Assembly (NCBI GenBank): GCA_965228855.1
Contig: CBDDIJ010000002.1
Coordinates: 256,001 to 320,000 of the forward strand
Length of the DNA stretch: 64,000 nucleotides
Direction of reading: 5' to 3'
DNA from: Candidatus Obscuribacterales bacterium
GTDB taxonomy: Bacteria; Cyanobacteriota; Vampirovibrionia; Obscuribacterales; Obscuribacteraceae
The translations under genes were made by a program, and so were the position numbers. The notes beneath the pieces are model-generated. The model made no database searches. It saw nothing but the letters and a program-made list of their open reading frames with translations, and was not told the origin of the DNA. Within the stretch, counting starts at the first letter, position 1; the number at the start of each line of letters is the position of its first letter. Shown piece by piece: positions 51,959 through 61,977 of the stretch.

Positions 51959-52152
51959 GTGTTACCTCTCTTTTTCGATTTCTCGAAATTAAGAAACCGC
52001 GGGGAGCGCCGCTTGGCGCTCTCCGCGGGGTTTGCCGGAAATCGGCACTGGGAGGGAATCTCCGAATCAAATGGGGAAGGAGCCACAAATTGCAGACTAT
52101 GCGCGAACAAAACACTCGCGCCTAATCACTGCAATCAATGACCTCCTGCGAA

Positions 52153-54816
52153 CTACTCAGCAGCCTCGATCGAACCGGCGACCACGGTGACGGCGTGATC
52201 CAGGTCGAAGTATTTGCGAATCGCCGCATCCACTTCTTCCTTGGTGACCGCATCGTACTTGGCCTTGAGACCGTCGATCTCGGCAGCGCCCAGACCATAG
52301 ACCTCGAGGTTCACGAGAGCCGAGGCGAGACCGGCAGTGCTCCGCAACGAGACGACGAACGAGCCGTAAGCCCGTCCTTTCTCATCGGCGAGTTCTCGCT
52401 CGGTGATGCCGCTCGCGCGATAGTCGTCGACGACCTTGCGCACCAGTCCAATGGCTTTCTCGATGTTCTCCGGGTTAACGGAGAGCGTGATTTTCCACGG
52501 GGCGAAGCCGGCGGTAACGTTCTCGAAGCTGCAGGTGATGCCGTAAGTCAGACCGTTGCGCTCGCGCACTTCGAGCCCGAGCCTCGACGAAAGCGTGTCG
52601 GCACCAAGCGCCGCATTGGCCAGACTGGCGGCGAAGTAATCGGGATCCGTGCGCTTGACGGCGGCAGGCAGACCGATAGCGATATCGGTCGATGCTTTGC
52701 CGGCGATTGGAACGTCGATACGAGCCGCCTGAGCGGGAACTTCGACAGCCGAAACAGCAATCGGTTTCACCTCTGCGCCCTGCCACTCGGTGAGCGACGC
52801 CGGAAGGATTTCGAGCACCTTGTCCGGATCGATGGCACCGCAAATGGCGAGAACCAGCCCCCTGGGCGAGTAGTTCTCGGCGTGGAATTTGACCAGGTCA
52901 TCGCGGGTGATACCACGCAACTCGGCAAGCAATTCGTCATACGGCTTGTCGTGATAGACCACGGACTTGTCGTAGAGCTCCTGCGAGAGCCGCGCGGACG
53001 CGACAGACTCGGTATCGGAGCTGGTCTGCATGACGAAGGCCTCGAACTCCTTCAGACTGCGGTCGAGCTCAGCCTGCGCGAAGAGCGGGTGGCGCAGCAC
53101 ATTCCCGTAAAGTCCGAGGAAGGCGACCAGGTCATCCCGTACGACGGTAGCAAGACTGCCCACCGTGAACGGTCCCGTGCGGAAACCGATACCGGCACCC
53201 ATGCCTTCCAGTTGCTCCGCGAGTTCGGCTTTGCCGAGCTGTGCAGAACCCTTGGTGAGCATATACGAGACGAGCTCGGGGACAAGCGCCTTGTCGTAGG
53301 TGCTGGCTGCAGAACCGGCGCGCAGCGCAGTCGCCAAGGAGACCGTCTCGCCGGGAGTGGCGAGAGCGAGCACGGTCAGACCATTGGGAAGTACGTGCCG
53401 ACGAACGCGTTCTGCATACGTCGCCGACTCCGCAGAACCGGACACAGCGGACTCAACACCGCCAGTGGTGGCAGACTCAACGACAGCATCCTCGCCGGAC
53501 TCCGCCTCGGCAACCGGCTGGAAATAGCCGGTCGTGCGGTTATCCGAGTTAAGATACTGGGCAGCGACACGCGTGACGTCCGCGGCGGTGACGGCGTCGA
53601 AGTTATCGTCGTAATCCAACGACCACTTCCAGTCGGCAACGGATTCGCCGTCGCAGAGCAGCTCGGCGAAGTCGCTCGAGTCGTCGTGCTTCAGCAGAGT
53701 CGCCTTCCGATTCGCCTGTTTCACGCGCTTGAGGTCGCGCTCATCAGCCGGACGTGACACCAGACCCTCGAGCTCGGCATGAATTGCCGCCTCCAGAGTC
53801 CTGGGCTCGACGCCCGGCGCGCAGGTCGCCTGCACGATGAACAAACCGGGGTCTCGGTTCTGCCCTGCCTGAGCGAAGCATTTGACTGCCAGTCCGGTAT
53901 CGACCAGCGCCTTGTAAAGACGGCTGGCACGCTTACCGCTCGAACCGAGAAGCGCCGCCGCCACCGACAGGGCGTACGTGTCGCCATGCGCCGCCTGGGG
54001 AACGTGGAATCCCATCCAGATCTCGGGCATATCATTGCCCTTGCGCCGAATGGTGAAGGTGCGCTCGCCCTCCTGCTTCGGTTCGGTTGTGTAGACCGCA
54101 GGAATCTCGTGCGGAGAAGGCGCGATCGCTCCGAACAGTTTCGCAACCAGAGCCAGAGTCGCCTCCGGATCCAGGTCGCCGGCGACGATCAAGGTCGCGT
54201 TATTCGGGAAGTAGAACGTGTCGTAGAACTGCTGCATGCGCTCCATCGGGACGCCTTCGACGTCCGAGCGCCAGCCGATCACCGGGTGGTGATACGGATG
54301 TTCGCGGAAGGACATCGCCATCAGTTCTTTGTACATCACGTCCGACGGGTCATTTTCGCCGCGCTCGAACTCGTTGCGAACCACGGTCATCTCGGAGTTG
54401 CGGTCGTCCCTGGTGAGGACGAGATTGCGCATGCGGTCCGCCTCGATGGCGAGAACCAGCTCGAGATGCTCCTTCGCCACCACCTCGTAATAGTTGGTGC
54501 GGTCGAAGGACGTGGTTGCATTGTAGAGCGCGCCGATCGGCTTGAGCAGGTCATCGATGCCGTTGCCCTTGCTCGGGTGACGGTCGGTCGTGCCCTTGAA
54601 CATCATGTGTTCGAGAAAGTGCGTCGAACCCGTGTAGCCGACGGCTTCGTTGCGGGACCCGACGCGATAAACGATCATTGCGGTCACAACGGGCGCCGAG
54701 TGGTTCTCGACGAACAACACCTTCAGCCCGTTCGACTTGAGCCGGTACTCGACCACGGCACCCTGTGAGGCGACGAAATCGAAACCAAGCCCTGACAATA
54801 CAGTTTGGTCTTTCAT
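52153..54816 (-). CDS. M16 family zinc peptidase, fused active and inactive halves
   Basis: HFLEHMMFKGT inverted zinc motif, NATTSFDRTNYY; second half ELVSYMLTKGS, VRERNGLTY. Confidence 0.95.
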   Translation of the reverse strand: MKDQTVLSGLGFDFVASQGAVVEYRLKSNGLKVLFVENHSAPVVTAMIVYRVGSRNEAVGYTGSTHFLEHMMFKGTTDRHPSKGNGIDDLLKPIGALYNATTSFDRTNYYEVVAKEHLELVLAIEADRMRNLVLTRDDRNSEMTVVRNEFERGENDPSDVMYKELMAMSFREHPYHHPVIGWRSDVEGVPMERMQQFYDTFYFPNNATLIVAGDLDPEATLALVAKLFGAIAPSPHEIPAVYTTEPKQEGERTFTIRRKGNDMPEIWMGFHVPQAAHGDTYALSVAAALLGSSGKRASRLYKALVDTGLAVKCFAQAGQNRDPGLFIVQATCAPGVEPRTLEAAIHAELEGLVSRPADERDLKRVKQANRKATLLKHDDSSDFAELLCDGESVADWKWSLDYDDNFDAVTAADVTRVAAQYLNSDNRTTGYFQPVAEAESGEDAVVESATTGGVESAVSGSAESATYAERVRRHVLPNGLTVLALATPGETVSLATALRAGSAASTYDKALVPELVSYMLTKGSAQLGKAELAEQLEGMGAGIGFRTGPFTVGSLATVVRDDLVAFLGLYGNVLRHPLFAQAELDRSLKEFEAFVMQTSSDTESVASARLSQELYDKSVVYHDKPYDELLAELRGITRDDLVKFHAENYSPRGLVLAICGAIDPDKVLEILPASLTEWQGAEVKPIAVSAVEVPAQAARIDVPIAGKASTDIAIGLPAAVKRTDPDYFAASLANAALGADTLSSRLGLEVRERNGLTYGITCSFENVTAGFAPWKITLSVNPENIEKAIGLVRKVVDDYRASGITERELADEKGRAYGSFVVSLRSTAGLASALVNLEVYGLGAAEIDGLKAKYDAVTKEEVDAAIRKYFDLDHAVTVVAGSIEAAE

Positions 54817-54921
54817 CTTAGTGTTTCCTAGGCTTTCGCCTTGTTATAAGAGGCCGCCGGTGAATGCCAGCGCCTCTAAAATTCTGAGCGGTGAGTGCGC
54901 CCAGCCTAGCGGTTAACGGAA

Positions 54922-56397
54922 TTACGGCTTAGCGTTCAATTTCTGCTCCAGGAAGCGCACAGCCGCCTGGAACTGATTGTCATTGACGCTGCCGTACGAC
55001 CCCCAGCCCGACTTTTCCAGCCGGATGGCCGGCTGAACACCGTTGCTGATGGTCTGCCCGGCGTCACCAAGAAAGGTGCCTGCCGGAGTAAAGGCTCTGA
55101 GGTGCGTGATCCTCAGCTTGTGCCCATTGCCGATGGGCAGATAAGTCTGACCGATGCCCTTGCCGAAAGTGGTGGTACCGATGGCGGTGGCGACTCCGTT
55201 ATCGATTAGAGCAGCCGAGAACATCTCAGCAGCCGAGGCGGAGTTACCGTTGACCAGCAGGACAACCGGTCTGCCCTTGAGCAGATTCGGCGGTCGCTGC
55301 AACATCGGCACCGGAAAGTCACGAATCAAGCCATAGTTGGCCCTGAGCAGGATCTGGCTGCGGGTGATGTCCACGTGCGTCAACATGTAGCCGCCTTTCG
55401 GCATGCGCAGGTTGATGTTCGTGACATTGCCTTCATCCATGAACAGCGCCGCTGTGCGCACCGCCTCGTGAATGAAACCGCCGGGATTGTCGCGCAGGTC
55501 GATGACGAGCGCGTCCACGTCGGTGAGTTTCTCCATCGCCTCCTGCACTTGCGAGTGCACTGACCACTGGTCGAAGGTTTCGATGCGAATGTAGCCCACC
55601 CGACCGGTAGCGGGAGCGGCAGGCTTACCACCACCAGCGGTGCCATCGACAACCTGCAAACGGGTCACCGGAAGCCGCCCCTTCTTCTTTCTGGCATGCT
55701 CCAAACTGTGAACCGGTGCAACTTCCAGCGTTTTGACGACCGACTGCGGAACTTTGCCTCGAGCAATCGTGACGGAAAATTCCTTCCCGTCGCGGCGCAT
55801 GACGAGCGTGACCGTTTGACCTTCGTCGCCCTTGAGGGCATCGGATAGCATTGCGATGCTCCAGGTGGATACATCCTTGCCGTCGATGGAAACGAAGTCG
55901 TCACCGTCTTTCAGACCAGCCAGCTCACCGGGGCCGCCAGGAACCACACGCTTGAGCGTAAGTTGCGAACCACGAGCTGCCAGCTCAACACCGACGCCGA
56001 TGTAGTGACCATCAGCCCGTTCCTTATCGCGTTCGACAATCGAAGCGGTGAGCAGTTTCGTATACGATTCGTCCAGATGTTCGACCATTTCACTTGCATA
56101 TTTCAGCGCGTCGTCTTCGGTCTTGATCAGGTGGTCGTACTTGTGCTCCCACTGGTCCCAGTCTTTGAGCCGGGACTGGTCGTAGATGTTGTCCCTGGCC
56201 ACGCTCCAGGTGTTGTGGTACAGCTCAATCGGCGTGACATGCGGATCGTAGATGAAGTAATGGGCATAACTCAGTACGATGGTCGCTGCCGCGAGCAGGA
56301 CGGCCATTGTGCTGAGCCCAAGAACGGAGAGCCCTTTCGACAAAAGTCCTCGCTTCACCTCAAGTCGAGGAGCGAGAAAAAATATTCTCCTGAACAT
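54922..56397 (-). CDS. S41A carboxyl-terminal processing protease
   Basis: TM anchor, PDZ (GVGV), DLRDNPGG, SASAAE, TFGKG. Confidence 0.93.
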   Translation of the reverse strand: MFRRIFFLAPRLEVKRGLLSKGLSVLGLSTMAVLLAAATIVLSYAHYFIYDPHVTPIELYHNTWSVARDNIYDQSRLKDWDQWEHKYDHLIKTEDDALKYASEMVEHLDESYTKLLTASIVERDKERADGHYIGVGVELAARGSQLTLKRVVPGGPGELAGLKDGDDFVSIDGKDVSTWSIAMLSDALKGDEGQTVTLVMRRDGKEFSVTIARGKVPQSVVKTLEVAPVHSLEHARKKKGRLPVTRLQVVDGTAGGGKPAAPATGRVGYIRIETFDQWSVHSQVQEAMEKLTDVDALVIDLRDNPGGFIHEAVRTAALFMDEGNVTNINLRMPKGGYMLTHVDITRSQILLRANYGLIRDFPVPMLQRPPNLLKGRPVVLLVNGNSASAAEMFSAALIDNGVATAIGTTTFGKGIGQTYLPIGNGHKLRITHLRAFTPAGTFLGDAGQTISNGVQPAIRLEKSGWGSYGSVNDNQFQAAVRFLEQKLNAKP

Positions 56398-56463
56398 AAT
56401 TGCGTACTCCAAAAGGAAGCGGAGCCCGGCTTCTGATGCCGAGCTCCGCCTGATGAAACGCGC

Positions 56464-57855
56464 TTAGTTGTCCTGGTTGAGGAACTTCAGCGCGAAGTCG
56501 AGCTGGTTGTCCGTCGGCGTGCCAGGGCGAAAGCCCTTGCCGGGAACAACCGTGTGATGCGGCTCGATGCCATGGTGAGCGGCGCTGCCGTCACCGACCC
56601 AGGTGCCGTTGGGCGTGAAGTACCGCAGCGTGGTGATACGCAGAACGGTTCCGTTCGGCATCGGCATGAACAGCTGTCCGATGCCCTTGCCGAAGGTCTT
56701 CTCGCCGATGACGGTGACCCGATTGTTGTCCTTGAGCGCGCCGGTGAACATCTCGGAAGCCGAGGCGGAGTGCCCGTTGACGAGGAGCACGATCTTCTTG
56801 CCGGCGGTGAGGTCAGCGTAGCGCTGCTTCACCTTCACCTCGGTCGTGCCGTCCGATTCGTCCAGATCCTCGACGAGCATGCGGTCCTTCTGCAGGCGAT
56901 AGGTGGTCTTGCTGTATCCACCGAAAGGCACGCGGTTGCGAATCGAGACCACGTCACCTTCGGACAGGAAGAGCGAAACCAGGTCGATGCAGATGTCCAC
57001 ACGACCGCCGGGATTGCCGCGAAGGTCGATGACCAGCGACTTCGCATCCTGCATCGACTTGAGCGCAGCGGCCATCTCTTCGATGGTGTCGTCCTGCTCG
57101 AAGCTCGAGAGCGCGATGTAGCCTACGTCTCCGTAACGCTTGGTGAGTACGGCCGGCGAATTGACGACACCACGGACGATGTCGAGCTTACGTTCGACGC
57201 CGGCGCTCTCGACCACGAGAGTGACGGGAGTGCCGGGCTTGCCCTTGAGCTCCTTGACGATGTCCTTCAGGTTCTTGTCCTTCAGGTCGACGCCATTGGC
57301 GCTCTTGATGGCATCACCAGCCTTCATGCCGGCCTTGCCAGCAGGACCATCATCGAACACTTTGTCGATAACGGGATAGCCGTCGGCGTTCGCCTGCGGC
57401 AGTACCTCGCCGGACTTGTCGAGGACGGGCTTGCCGTCTTCGTCGGCCTTGTAGCCGAGCCCGACGCCGATGCCTGCGAAGGTACCGGACATCTCCTGGC
57501 GCATGGCCTGGACTTCCTCACGACTGTGGTAGTGCGTGAACGGGTCCTTGAGACTGTCGAGCATTTCGTTGGCGTAACGCACGGCATCTTCTTCGGTTTT
57601 GATCTTGCCGTCGAACTTGTGCTCCCACTGATCCCAGTCCTTCATCTGCGAAGGGTCGTAGGCGAAGCCGGGAGCGACCTGCCAGACACGGTGAAACAAC
57701 TTCTCGGGCGAAGCCGCGAAGTACTCAGTCGCGACGAACGCGCCGAGTGCGACGAGGAACAGCGTGACCCCGAGAGAACCGAGCCCCATGAACTGCAGGG
57801 CTCGCTTGAAGAAACTCTTGCGCTCTTCCGGCGCAGGTCCAGGTGCGAGAAACAT
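56464..57855 (-). CDS. S41A carboxyl-terminal processing protease
   Basis: DPFT, GIGV PDZ, DLRGNPGG, SASASE, TFGKG, RYFTPNG. Confidence 0.94.
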   Translation of the reverse strand: MFLAPGPAPEERKSFFKRALQFMGLGSLGVTLFLVALGAFVATEYFAASPEKLFHRVWQVAPGFAYDPSQMKDWDQWEHKFDGKIKTEEDAVRYANEMLDSLKDPFTHYHSREEVQAMRQEMSGTFAGIGVGLGYKADEDGKPVLDKSGEVLPQANADGYPVIDKVFDDGPAGKAGMKAGDAIKSANGVDLKDKNLKDIVKELKGKPGTPVTLVVESAGVERKLDIVRGVVNSPAVLTKRYGDVGYIALSSFEQDDTIEEMAAALKSMQDAKSLVIDLRGNPGGRVDICIDLVSLFLSEGDVVSIRNRVPFGGYSKTTYRLQKDRMLVEDLDESDGTTEVKVKQRYADLTAGKKIVLLVNGHSASASEMFTGALKDNNRVTVIGEKTFGKGIGQLFMPMPNGTVLRITTLRYFTPNGTWVGDGSAAHHGIEPHHTVVPGKGFRPGTPTDNQLDFALKFLNQDN

Positions 57856-58585
57856 GATGTTTACTCCAGAGTTATTGCTCGTCTTGGCGAGCGAAAAGGC
57901 ATACGCTCGAAAGCGCCGATTGCATAACTGCATTCGGCGCTACCTAGGCGTATGCGTCTGATGCTCGACGGAAGCCGAGCGCGGGACACACCACGAGCAC
58001 TGAAACGTGCCGCGGTATGGGTCGAAAGAAACCGAGCGACACGTCAATGTCACCACTGGTGACACCACCATGTCATACCGGAGCGGAACTACCTGCCGAC
58101 AACAAGCACTCAAGCCCGATCATGCGATAGCTGCTGCGAGGCAGTCAGTCAGTCGATCTCGAGCGCGTGCACGACCAGACGATGCTACCGCCGGTAGAAC
58201 CACCTTCAAGCTCTTAGAACAGAGATGTGATTACGAGTGCTGAGTCAGAAATAGTCCTGGGTAGATAAGCAGAGATATGCTTGAACATAAGAAATAGACG
58301 TGAAGATCAGCAAATTAACTAGATCCAGGTTTACTCCGGAGATAAATAAACGCGCTGTAATTTGACACGCGCACACAGAATTTATCGCAGAGTTAAAAGC
58401 TCCCCCAGTTAAGGCTTTTAGCAATATCGCGAGAATAGCTTATATGCCAAATCCTTCTTGACATCAGTAATGACGGGGGTTTCCGGCTTAGCGCAGGTTC
58501 GTTAATCGCTACCACAAACGCGTTTTATTTTTCTCATAAATAGCTAAAATACCCTAAGCCACAATTTCGGAAAGGTCTCCCACGA

Positions 58586-59053
58586 ATGTCACTCAATCAC
58601 CATCTTCAGATTTTCAGAACCAACTCGCTAATTAATCACGTTAGCGCCCTCGTGCTGACTACAGGAACGGCGTTATTCGTTTCTGGCTGCTCGGCCTCGG
58701 ACAAAACTGCCACAGCAAATGACGCCGAAATTCTGAACGACGCAAACGCATATCATGCAATCTATGACTCGAAAAAACCTGTTCTCGTCGAATTCTGCGC
58801 CCCCTGGGCTGAAAGCTCAAAACAAACGGCGCCGATAATGAGCGATCTTGCAGCCGAATTTACCGACGTGCGTTTTGTGCGCGTAGACACTGACAAAGCG
58901 CCGCAGACCATGCAGATGTTCGAGATTGAAACTGTTCCAACCTTCATTCTAGTAAGCAAGAAATGCAAGCACGGAAAACAACTGACCGGTGTTCATACCA
59001 AAAGCGAACTGGCAGCATTCATCAGCGAAAGCTACGCTGAGTGCCACGATTGA
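58586..59053 (+). CDS. Thioredoxin-fold lipoprotein lacking CxxC
   Basis: VSGC lipobox; KPVLVEFCAPWAESSK, FVRVDTD, VPTF. Confidence 0.82.
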   Translation: MSLNHHLQIFRTNSLINHVSALVLTTGTALFVSGCSASDKTATANDAEILNDANAYHAIYDSKKPVLVEFCAPWAESSKQTAPIMSDLAAEFTDVRFVRVDTDKAPQTMQMFEIETVPTFILVSKKCKHGKQLTGVHTKSELAAFISESYAECHD

Positions 59054-59075
59054 TTGTGCGCCGTTTATCGATCAA

Positions 59076-60455
59076 TTAACGCGAAGATGCGACGTTGCCT
59101 TTGAGGATATGTTCACGCGCCTCACCGACCACGTAAATAGATCCGGTAACTACGATAACTTCGCCTTCCTTAGCCACTTTGCGCGCTTCATCAATGGCCT
59201 CGGCAACACTGTTTGAAACATGAACATCAGCATCAGCGGCACCGAATGTGGTGACAACTTCTGCAATGTCCGAAGGATTCATTGAGCGCGGATTTTTCGA
59301 TCGAGTCGCTATACAGAGGCTGCTCATGCTCTCTAGCTGTTTCCAAATCGCACTCATGTTCTTGTCCATGTTCAAACCAAGAACAAAGATGCACGACTTC
59401 ACGTCGAAGAACTGCTTGATTGCATCAGCCAGAGCCTGAGCCGACTCGTGATTATGAGCGGCGTCAACGACTATGATTGGCTCTCCGTTCTTCTTGCCGT
59501 CTTTGAAGCCACTGAGTATCTGCAGTCGTCCGGGAACAACCGCTTTCTCGAGTCCCTTCCTGATGTGCTCATCGGTAATATTCACGCCTTCTTTCCGCAA
59601 CGCCAATGCAGCGGCAGCGGCTGTAGATGCGTTGCTCACCTGGTGAGAGCCAAGCATGGGCGTAAACAACTCGAGCGAACCAAACTCTTTTGATTCGAGC
59701 GAGAACGTCTGCCCGGTTATGTCTTGCTTCTCAGTGCGGATTTTGTACTCGCGCGCAACGTCTATAAGCGTCGCCTGCACCTCGCCACAACGACGACCGA
59801 CAGCCGTTCTTGCGCCCTGGTCTTTCTGCGGAGCGAGCACGGCGATACACTTCGGCGTGATGATTCCAGCTTTGTTCGCCGCGATTTCGGTTGGCGTCGA
59901 GCCCAATATCTCAACGTGTTCGAGACTGATAGGCGTGATCACAGCAACATCTTTGGTAGCAAATACGTTAGTGACGTCATACCGTCCGCCGAGACCAACC
60001 TCGACTACCTGCCAGTCGATCGGCGGGTTGCTGTTTTTGGCCAGATGAAAGAATAATGCGGTGAGGACGCCAAAAGTTGAGATATTGTTGTTTCCAGCAG
60101 ATTTCTCAGCTTCGATAATCGGTTTGATCTCCGCGACGCCTTTGGCAAAACGCTCAGGGTCGACATTTTTGCCGCCGAACGCAATGCGCTCGCAGTAGTC
60201 GTGCAGGTGTGGGCTGGTATATAGCGCAGTATTCAAACCGGCTTCGTTCAGAATGTGAGCAATCATCGTGCTCGTACTGCCCTTGCCTTTGGAACCGGCG
60301 ACGTGCACCGTGTGGCGACCAAGTTGCGGATTCTCCATACGCTCCAACAGCGCCCGCATCGACGGCAAACCCATCGTCGGACCGCGCGCGCCGAACGTGG
60401 CTCTTTCCATGTCTGGAAATTGTTGGATGTACGCTATGGCTTCCGCATAATTCAT
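59076..60455 (-). CDS. folC: Folylpolyglutamate synthase / dihydrofolate synthase
   Basis: HVAGSKGKGST, YTSPHL, EVGLGGRYD.TN, KAGII, PGR, DAAHN, TGSIY. Confidence 0.96.
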   Translation of the reverse strand: MNYAEAIAYIQQFPDMERATFGARGPTMGLPSMRALLERMENPQLGRHTVHVAGSKGKGSTSTMIAHILNEAGLNTALYTSPHLHDYCERIAFGGKNVDPERFAKGVAEIKPIIEAEKSAGNNNISTFGVLTALFFHLAKNSNPPIDWQVVEVGLGGRYDVTNVFATKDVAVITPISLEHVEILGSTPTEIAANKAGIITPKCIAVLAPQKDQGARTAVGRRCGEVQATLIDVAREYKIRTEKQDITGQTFSLESKEFGSLELFTPMLGSHQVSNASTAAAAALALRKEGVNITDEHIRKGLEKAVVPGRLQILSGFKDGKKNGEPIIVVDAAHNHESAQALADAIKQFFDVKSCIFVLGLNMDKNMSAIWKQLESMSSLCIATRSKNPRSMNPSDIAEVVTTFGAADADVHVSNSVAEAIDEARKVAKEGEVIVVTGSIYVVGEAREHILKGNVASSR

Positions 60456-60696
60456 AAGATTTATTGCCTGCGCGCTTCGTTTTTGACGTTTCCGCTTGAA
60501 AACAAAGTGCGAACTTTTCTAGGTTACTGGTGCTTTTTAGACCCTAAGCACCCACATTGAGGAATACTCTCCGACAACTAAACCGTATTTCGTTGTCCAT
60601 TTCAAGCCTTTTCAAGCCTTGTCAGGTGGCATTCTTCCAGCCCCGGCGCAAGGCGGTCTTCGCACGCCCAATCCACTAACACTCGAGAACCAGAAT

Positions 60697-61914
60697 ATGA
60701 GCTCATTGCGCTCCATTTTGGGTGCCATCGGCACTCTGTTTTCTGGCGCCGTTCATAACCGGCGTTTGGCGGCCTCCAGGCTCGACGGACTCGGTGAGTC
60801 CAAAATCCGGGCCGGCGCGACGAAAATCACGAGCGATTTCGAAATCGTCGACCTCGCCTCCGGTGCTCCCGCATTCAGCACTCCTGAAGAACTCAAAACG
60901 AAAGCGGTGGAAGCCATTCTGGGCAACCACAATCAATACTCTGACCCGGCCGGCGATCGAGAACTGCGCCAGCTCATCGCTGCCCAGACCGGTCGCACAA
61001 TCAACGAAGTCACCATCACATCCGGCACTTCGGCTGCTCTGGCCGGCGTGCTCCTGGCGCTGGTTGAGAAAGGCGATGAGGTTATCGTCTTCGCGCCGTT
61101 CTTCGAGAGCTACTCCAGCGCGATTCGCCTGGCGGGAGCGACGCCGCGCTACGTCAACCTGGTCACGCCGGACTGGACGCTCGATGAAGCGGCGCTGCGG
61201 GCAGTTTTCAGCAAGCGCACCCGCGCCGTGATCGTCAACTCCCCGCACAATCCGACCGGGCGCGTGTTCAGCAAAGCGGAGTTGGAATTGGTGGCGCGGC
61301 TCTGCGAGGAGCACGATTGCTTACTGATCAGCGACGAGATCTACTCGAAGCTGACGTTCGATTCACCGACTCACGCGGCCCCGTCCCTTGCGGAAACGGT
61401 ATGGAACCGCGGTCGCAACATCATCATTGATGGGCTCTCCAAGGCTTACAACGCAACAGGCTGGCGAGTCGGTTACGTGATCGCGCCGGCGCCTGTTTCA
61501 GAACAGTTTCGCATTGTCCACTCAATCATGGGACTGTCCGCGCCTACGCCTCTTCAAATCGCTGCCCGCGGCGCGTTCGACCCGGCCGTGAATTGCGCTC
61601 TGACTGAAACCGTTTTCGCCTGTCGCGAGGCACGAGACCTGCTCTGCAATGCCTTGCAAACCGCTGGGTTCAAGCTGCGAGTTCCGGAAGGCGCGACCTA
61701 CGTTTTTGCTGACGCCACGCATCTGGGCGCCGCGAACTTGGACGACGCCCGAGACCTGCTGATCAGCCGCACCGGCGTCAAGTCCGTTTCCGGCTCCTGC
61801 TTCTTCGATGAAGCCGCACCCGCCGCCGGACAATGGCTGCGCTTCTGCTTCGCGCGCGACCTCGCGCTAATTCAGATAGCGGCTCAACGCCTGCAACTCC
61901 TGCATGCGCGCTAG
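60697..61914 (+). CDS. PLP-dependent class I/II aminotransferase
   Basis: NSPHNPTG, SDEIY, LSKAYNATGWRVGY, LRFCFA. Confidence 0.93.
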   Translation: MSSLRSILGAIGTLFSGAVHNRRLAASRLDGLGESKIRAGATKITSDFEIVDLASGAPAFSTPEELKTKAVEAILGNHNQYSDPAGDRELRQLIAAQTGRTINEVTITSGTSAALAGVLLALVEKGDEVIVFAPFFESYSSAIRLAGATPRYVNLVTPDWTLDEAALRAVFSKRTRAVIVNSPHNPTGRVFSKAELELVARLCEEHDCLLISDEIYSKLTFDSPTHAAPSLAETVWNRGRNIIIDGLSKAYNATGWRVGYVIAPAPVSEQFRIVHSIMGLSAPTPLQIAARGAFDPAVNCALTETVFACREARDLLCNALQTAGFKLRVPEGATYVFADATHLGAANLDDARDLLISRTGVKSVSGSCFFDEAAPAAGQWLRFCFARDLALIQIAAQRLQLLHAR

Positions 61915-61926
61915 GCCCGAAACTGC

Positions 61927-61962
61927 GAACAGGCGACTTCCCACCAGGGATTTCGCCTGTTC
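61927..61962 (+). terminator. Terminator-like hairpin
   Basis: GAACAGGCGA / TCGCCTGTTC. Confidence 0.7.
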
Positions 61963-61977
61963 CTCCTCCAGATCTGT

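Noticed and set aside
40104..58327. TAGATCTA palindrome in AT-rich upstream regions (43927, 47903; near matches at 40104, 58320)
   Set aside because: Only two perfect copies, close to chance for AT-rich spacers, with no consistent position.
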